A DNA stretch of 56,612 nucleotides, the filler included, from Sphacelaria rigidula (Eukaryota): assembly GCA_964200075.2 (NCBI GenBank). It is 3 parts of 3 records of this genome, joined end to end, with 100 filler letters (N's around TTAATTAATTAA, not from the genome) between each part and the next. Parts side by side here need not be neighbours in the genome. Positions count along the whole stretch, not along the records: positions 37,818 to 56,612 come from CAXNAA020000789.1; 2 more parts are not named here. One strand, given 5' to 3'. The first letter of the stretch is position 1. Each line of letters starts with the position of its first letter. The translations under genes and the position numbers were made by a program. Shown here piece after piece: positions 49,626 to 56,612 of this stretch. A model generated the notes under the pieces. The model was not told the DNA's origin. It worked only from the letters and a program-made list of their open reading frames with translations, and did not search any database.

Positions 49626-50705
49626 GTGAACTCAAAATATTTGTGTTACTACAGTCGTTGGTGTGTGTTTTCGTAGCCGATTCGATTTCAATTTCAAAGT
49701 TTTTCGTGGGGTGTTTGCGATCGTATGACAAATCGATAATCCTGCCAAAAGGCAGTGGGCGTTCGAAATGAGGTCGTAAATGACGCTGGAACCATCTCGA
49801 AAAGAAGTGTAAATCAAAAAGACTCCGAGGTGGTACAATCCGCAATGCCCCGTACTACTGTGCTGTACTTTGGCAAGAACCAGCGTTGAATCGCCCAACC
49901 TGTCTTTTTCATAGTGGCTTCATGTTGAGAAGATGTTTTCATACTGTTGATGAAAATTCCCTCGAACTGTCGCGCTACGATATCACGACCGGTTTTTGCC
50001 GCACATCAACCACACACCCATACATCGAGCTCCTCTTTAACCAATGGTTTTTCAGCGCCGAAAGGCGGTGTGCGCGCCCCAGCAGTACCAACTACCCAGA
50101 CACAATGCCAAAAACATGTGCAGGGCATGAGACACCATCCATCACCAGCCGGAAATTTCGAGCAGGATTTCGCTCCATCTTCAGAAGAACATGTATGCTA
50201 GATGCCGTCGCGATGGGGAATAGTAGATATATCACATCCATTGCCCATATTCAGGGCTTTCATTCAAGCTATGGATCGTTGCTGAACTCCTGACATATCA
50301 AGAGATATGTTCACATATGATCGGCACCAAATCACAATATGTAGTACCTTGTACGTACCGTAGACTTGTTCGGATTTTTCGCTGTTCGTAACCAAGAACA
50401 TGACTGATTTCTTACGTAATTTAATTCAACGTGTTTTATTTCTATGCTGAGGTTACCCTATCGGCGCGAAGTCGTACTCCGGTTTGTTTCGGCAAGTGCG
50501 GAGTGCTATATACTGTACCGCATCGCACTACATTGCATTGGACCGTACTCGGTTGTACTGCAGCGTACTGCGCCGTACTATATTGAATTATACTCGGCTA
50601 TACTCTTCTCTACTGGACTGTAATGTTCTGTACTACTGTGCTGCTGTGCCGTGCAGTACCGTGCCCTCTGGACGAAGGACTCTTTGTAGCTACGTACAGA
50701 AGGCC

Positions 50706-50789
50706 ATGGCGATCGGCGCTCCATCTTCGCCAAGAGCACAAAACGCACTTACCATCGCGATGGCAACGGGATGGCTCCCGTTCTCACAG
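50706..50789 (+). CDS. FNIP gene probable first coding exon (MAIGAPSSPRAQNALTIAMATGWLPFSQ)
   Basis: GCCATGG start context; CAG|gtgacc donor in phase 0. Confidence 0.55.
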
Positions 50790-53700
50790 GTGACCACTTG
50801 CGACCGGCCGCGGTACGTGTACTACAACCTTGTCATCAGGTGACGGAGTATTACACCCCCAGGTGGTGACTTTTTCGACGTTGATTGTTTTGCACACCGT
50901 GGTGCCGATGCGGCCGAACGCTGTGCCGCTGATGATGCTCCATCAATATTTGGTTCTACAAGGATTACGTCGCAGGAGCTGATTCTCTCGAGAAAATCGA
51001 AGCTGACAAGCATATCATCTGTCAGGTGAAAACTCGGACATGAACGGAAAATCCGTTACTGTGGTTGAACCTGCGTAGGGCATCGCCCGAAACGGTACCG
51101 GCTTTCACTCGGATATGAAATATGTTCGCAGCGATGCATAGGAAAGGACAGCACCGTACGGCATGCGTATGGTACGGTATGATATGGTGCTCTTTCCAAC
51201 GTTTGTAGCGAAGCAACCGCTTGCGCTTGCCTACTTTTTGACACATGGAAGCCCTCGACAACAGGATGAATCTGAGCTCCACTTGGACCGAGTGGCCTGG
51301 TTCAGTCGTTGCTTCACGAAGTTTACTTGTGTAGTTTTTTGGTTTCGCCGTGCTGGATTCCAGGTTCGGTACCTGGAGTTAACCTGTCTCCATCTCTGCC
51401 GCGAATCCCGGGGGCAAGTATCCCGAACTGTCAGGGTGAAGGAAGACACCCCCCGAACTCTATGGTGTGGCCGCCACCGAGAACCAGACAACCACGAAAG
51501 CAGCGAATATGCAGGATGCACCATCCCTGAGATGAATGTCGTGGTTGACGAGGGTGCAACAAAGATGAAAACGGTGGACGACGCGGCTTTATTGAACAGC
51601 TCCCCCGGAAAGTCAACAAGATTGACCTCATCAGCAGTGCGGTCCCTGGCGCCGCCAATTGAAGACAATCGCAACAGCAAGGAGAAAGGCATGCTCCGGG
51701 CAACAAAACCCGCTCCAGAAATGCCAGGCTTGTCGCCCACACACGGTAGTCACAGAAACGGCGGCGGCAGCGAGATCACCTCGGGTAACGCCGGAGGCAT
51801 CGCCGTAGGATGTTGCGAAGAGGGAGAGGGACACCGTGACAAGGTGCGCGACGAGCAAGTGATGAATAGTAAACCCTTGGTAGCTCTGGGAGATGGGTTG
51901 GGTGCGCTTTATGATTATCGATCAGAGGCTGATGATAGTGGTGAGGATGAGGATGACGCTGAGCACAGTAGTGACGCCGAAAACAAACGACCTGGAGTGT
52001 TGAGCGGTAATAATGTCGACGGAGATGGCGGTAGCAGTACCGGGAGTATGGCGTGCAACAGCACGATCGAGTGTTTTTCTCGTGTCAGCAACGCTGTCAG
52101 CGATGGCGGTTGTGGCATCAGTAATGGCACCTGCGACACATCAAAGCGGCGAGCCACAGCGAGTCCAAACATCCCGAACGATCGTATCGTCATGGCCACG
52201 ACGGGTGCGAGATTCCGCGCTAGCGTTGGACCCATCAGCAGAGTGCCAGCGGTACGTGTCAAGGGCATCTCGTGGTGTCTGCGGCGAGCAGAGCTGCTGA
52301 GCCCTGGGTTCCAGTGGCCGAAAGGAATGAAATCCTTGTCGTTCTGGGCCTTGTTCGAGGAGTCACTCAAGGGTGTCTCCCTACCCGAAGATCTACAAGA
52401 GCTCACGTTTGGTTTTAGGTTCAACGCGTCGTTGAAAGGGGGCGAGATTTCGTGGCCTCCCGGATTGAAAAAGTTGGTATTTGGAGCACGTTGGAATCGA
52501 TGTCTTTCTGGCGCTAAGCACACGTGGCCTTCGTCCCTCGAAGTGCTTCGTTTCGGGACGGCATTTAATCGCCCCTTGTTCGGTGGTCTTGATTGTGTTG
52601 CCTCGGACGGGAACGACGTGGGTCTTCCGTCTGGCCTTCGAGAAATTGACCTCGGAGGAGTGTTTAACCAACCTTTAGCGGGTGTGGAATGGCCTGCCGG
52701 GCTGGAAAAATTGACCCTCTCCGAGAGCTTCAACTTACCTTTGCGTGGCTGCGGTTGCCGCAATGGTGATGGTGATAGGATTGACGATCACCGCGATTGC
52801 TCCTGTGGACCCCTGGTTGTGCGCTGGCCTAAGCGACTGAGAGAGATAACATTCGGGCAAGCGTTCGACCAGGACATAAGCAAAGCAAATTGGCCGGAAG
52901 CTGTAGAGGCTCTGACATTCGGAGCATCGTTCAATCGTCCACTGCACGGTGGGGATACGAGCGGCCCAGGGGAGCAGGCGGAGCAAGGAAGAAACGAGAG
53001 GGGGGGCGTACTATTGGATCATCATGATAGATCGTATCTTCCGCAAGGATTGAAGAACCTCGAATTGGGCGACAGGTTTTCCGGACTTTTGAGTGTGATC
53101 CATCTCCCTCGCGGAGTGCAGCGCCTAAAATGCGGGGGACTATGTCGGTTGACGTCCCCGATACTTGAGTCAGAGTGGCCTCCGGGGCTCTCTCGCTTGG
53201 TTGGGTTGGGTGGTTGGGGCTACGTTACCCTGTCGCCAAATCTCGAAGTCTTGCGTATGGACAATCGCTTCAACTCTCCGTTGTCTGGCGTTGTTTTCCC
53301 GACAACATTAAGGGTCTTGGACCTGGGAGACAGCTTTGATCACCCGCTCGTTGGTGACGCCCACCTGCCGGATGGCCTTGCCGAACTGCGCTTGGGCAAG
53401 GCGTTCAAGGGCGATATTGCGGGCGCCGCTTGGCAACTGCCGCGCAGCCTGAAACGCCTGGTGTTTAGCGAGAGTTCGGGGTTTAACAAGTCGGTGAGTG
53501 CTTGTGGAAGTTTCTTGATTCTGTTCGACTCATTGAGTTGAGGGGTGCTCCGGAGCGATCCTGGTCACGTGTTGTGGTTGGGTATCTGTGCCTCCTTCTC
53601 CTTTAGACGAGATCACACGGGATATGTACCCATCCTGTTTCGTTCCCATCACCCAGTAAACCTGTGCGTAGAAGTGATTTGGCATTTTATAGGGGAAAGA

Positions 53701-55307
53701 CGCAGTTGCGTCGACGTGTTTGAAACAACGGGGCAGTTCTGATATGGACTCGGTATGATAGATGCTTTTGTATGAAACACTTGGTTCGGTTTCGACATTT
53801 TTGGGAAGTTGGAGCTCATGATTGCACTGATAGCCGATCCCGTCATGGTTGTGAGTCGTCCCGTTTGTTGGTGCCTGTACGAGGAAGTGCGTGATGTGTC
53901 ACGTCGCAACTGCACTATGGGGGGTGCTGTCCTTGTACTCGAGCTATCAATAGTTGACTGCTGATGACCCGCTTGAACACATACTTTTTTCCTAGAGTGC
54001 TCGCCGTTTACTCATGGGGTGCCGAACGCGGGTCGCCCGCTCACGTTGCAACCGTTTCCAGCTGGATGACTTCCCTCTTTCGGCCGTTAGGAGCAAAGTC
54101 CTCGAATTTCGTACCTGCACGAACCTTTCATTAGTTTTCATTCCACTTTTTTTATAGCGATGACCTTTGCTCAGAACAACAGCGGTCATTCCCGCCCACA
54201 AGTGACGATTAGCTGGCTGTACAGGTTTTGCTGAGGTTCAGCTGCGGACCTCTGAAATATGACTATTTCAGGTAAACTGTGTCGCAACCGCGTGCATGGG
54301 AATATGAAGTTTGGCGGCCGCATACCCGAGTTCAAATCATCACAAGTATTACTTCAATTATTCGCGTAGCTGCAACAAGCTATGAGATGTATCCACGTGT
54401 AGCAAACTTCCGTCTTTGTTTGTGGACGAAGAACGGAAAGTGCCAGGTAGGGTTTGTACAGGCAAAAGCCAAACTTTCCCTGCTATTTTTTGTCTTACTC
54501 TTGCTGAGATGGTCAAGGCACGATACTGAGTGAAACAAGCCATGAGATGTATCCACGTGTAGCAAAGCTTCCGTCTTTGCTTGTAGACGAAGAAGAACGG
54601 GAAGCGCCAAGTAGGGTTTGTACATACAAAAGCCAAACTTTCCCTGCTATTTAGTCTTACTCTCGCTAAGATAGTTGAGGCACGGTATTGTGTGAACGCG
54701 GGGCGTCCATGCCCATGTGCCCTACAATTCTTCGTACTCTTTTCAGTCGATAGTCCCAGATGCTCTGCAACTTTCAATTTTCGACCCTCGATACCACGGG
54801 TACCCTGCGGTACTTCTCACTGCAAGTTGAGAGCCAGGATACACATCGAACGGTGCCCTACTGAGACCGCCTTTAATTTTTCGCACTCGCTGATATTTTA
54901 CCTGACATATCACTGAGATAAAGAGCCCATCGATCTGACCTCGCCGCAACTTCGATGCCTCGGTTCTTGCCCCCGCGTAAGCGCAGGTAGCCTCCATTGC
55001 CTGGCCTCCGAACCTCCAGGTGCTAGCATTTGGCAACATGTTCAATCAGCCGTTCTCGGAGAACGGCTGCGCTGCAAGATTCCCTGACACACTGAGAGAG
55101 CTGCGGTTTGGGTGGAGTTTTTCCTATTCGCTGCACGACGTCGAACTGCCGAGAAGTCTGGAGCGGTTGGTCCTCGGCCCCACATACTCGAAACGACACC
55201 TTCGAGGACTTTCTTGGCCCCCTCGCATGCGAAGCGTAGAGGTCGGTCCCTTGATATTCGGCTACGAGGAAAAGATGGCTCGTTGGGCTGCCCCCCCTCC
55301 ATTTTGA
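50706..55307 (+). CDS. FNIP-repeat protein with an N-terminal F-box-like segment, ~844 aa; join(50706-50789,51364-53493,54987-55307)
   Basis: About 14 repeats of the type (W/L)P..L..L.FG..FN.PL..V; exon 2 to 3 join FNKS|VASIAWPPNLQVLAFGNMFNQPF restores a repeat; exon 1 to 2 join GWLPFSQ|VRYLELTC is F-box-like; start codon tentative. Confidence 0.85.
51364..53493 (+). CDS. FNIP gene main exon (710 codons)
   Basis: ttccag acceptor, gtgagt donor; lies within ORF 51163..53541. Confidence 0.9.
54376..54697 (+). repeat. Two-copy tandem duplication, ~160-bp unit, intronic
   Basis: ATGAGATGTATCCACGTGTAGCAAA starts at 54382 and 54542. Confidence 0.9.
54987..55307 (+). CDS. FNIP gene last exon
   Basis: gcgcag acceptor; three more FNIP-like repeats; TGA ends at 55307. 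Confidence 0.9.
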   Translation, partial: VASIAWPPNLQVLAFGNMFNQPFSENGCAARFPDTLRELRFGWSFSYSLHDVELPRSLERLVLGPTYSKRHLRGLSWPPRMRSVEVGPLIFGYEEKMARWAAPPPF

Positions 55308-56192
55308 CTGTAAGGGCTGAAGGAGGTATCCAATTTTGGGTGAAGGGTGTCGTACTCCACATTATGCAAAATTTGGGGAGTTTTGTCACAGGCTTAGCAT
55401 AGACGCTGATCCTACCAAAGGTGGCTGTGAGAAGTAGATATCATGATGGGCTACAATTCCCTCCGTTTTCTCGGGTTCAGATGGGGCGGGGACGTTGTCC
55501 ATGATGGTCCGTCAATCTCTTTTTGTATCTGACTCTATTTGGTGATCAGTTCACCTTTATATATAGAAGTGAAATGGTGCTCTGAATTTTCGGGTACGGT
55601 TCGTTTCGTGTTTTTTTCTTTTTCGTTTGTAAATGAAGGTAGATTTCGGGCGCGCCTCATTTCGGGGTTGTTCTTTTGTGGTATCAATTTCGGCAGACAG
55701 CGGTGTGCAACAACAATTCGGTGTTCGACATGAAGGGTTACGTGTTGAACGTTTCCCCGCAAGATCAGGATAATAAAATACTTGGTCTTCCGTGAGTATC
55801 ACAGTGGCATGCGGCTCGAAGGGCATATCCGCCTTGCAAGCGTGGCCCACTATTGAGCTTCAGCGATGCGCAAGTTTTGGATGGCCTGCCGAGTAACACG
55901 TGCGTCGCGTTCTTCCATGTTGGGCGTCATCCTGCTGTGTCGAACGCGCGGGTAGGGGCACCACGCTGATGGGATTCTCGGTGAAATTGCAACAGCTGCT
56001 TGGGGGCACGGTGGCGGGGACGCGGAGCTACTGTATCCACGCACTACTGCACTCTTGTGCGAACGTCGTGATACGAACATGGACGTTCGGAAGTGCATCA
56101 TAACACGCGGGTTTTCTTTTTCTCAAGCCTTGTCGCGGCAGGGGGTGATGAGGGTGGCGCTTCGTAGGCTGGATTTTGCGGTTCAATGCAAG

Positions 56193-56217
56193 AATATATA
56201 TATATATATATATATAT
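56193..56217 (+). repeat. (TA)n microsatellite
   Basis: Seen directly. Confidence 0.9.
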
Positions 56218-56612
56218 TTGAGCTGGGCCAGCTGACCGTGATTTTTGGATGAATCTTGGTGATGCGGTTGGTAAATTCGAAGAGTAAGGCGCCGAAATTT
56301 TGACACGAAATTTTTATTATCAACCCGCGCAAACTATTGGGGGTGCAGAGGGGGAACAAAAGCAGGAAGTTACATCGAGTTAAAGTTTCAGCAAAAACGG
56401 GAAAATGCTAAAACTCCGTGAAAAATCGATAAACGCGGCTGCATCCCGAACAGTGTTATGGGCACTCGCGTCCAAGACATCCTGGTGAAGTTTCGGCCAT
56501 AATACCTCAAATCGGGCGCCGCATCGCACTTCTTGTGTGAGAGCAATGCTACGGTAGGGGTGCACTTTTTTCGCGAAATTTTGTCTGGTTCAGAGGCTCC
56601 TAACGATTCTAG

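Noticed and set aside
51163..51363. ORF-track start of the 792-aa FNIP ORF
   Set aside because: This stretch looks intronic (T-rich tract ending ttccag at 51363); the ORF also reads through the donor at 53494.

Overview
Eukaryotic, intron-rich and repeat-rich genomic DNA. It is most likely from a brown alga (Phaeophyceae), inferred from the short exons with 0.3-2.4 kb introns, FNIP repeats, algal-type LOX and TTAGGG-like motifs. The window is a scaffold split by two 100-nt gaps carrying an artificial TTAATTAATTAA linker, plus one 10-N gap, so adjacency across gaps is unreliable. Hand splicing gives five gene models: (1) a partial minus-strand gene for a large protein of ~115-aa bacterial-adhesin-like Ig-type repeats (5 exons, 2319-8081); (2) the 5' half of a lipoxygenase (minus, at least 7 exons, 21733-27028); (3) the 3' half of a CDP-diacylglycerol synthase (plus, 4 exons, 39912-45315); (4) an F-box-like/FNIP-repeat protein (plus, 3 exons, 50706-55307); (5) a candidate 44-aa four-exon membrane microprotein too short for the ORF track (minus, 46636-48476). 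The rest is transposon-derived: a decayed APE+RT LINE with several 3' fragments, tRNA-headed SINEs, hAT-, pogo/Tc1- and foldback-type MITEs, and two unusual tandem arrays. The most notable signals are a LINE family that ends in and inserts into poly(C) tracts, two GC-AG introns, and a 63-bp codon-phased array. There is no CRISPR array, rRNA or intact tRNA gene. All gene models are manual and untested.
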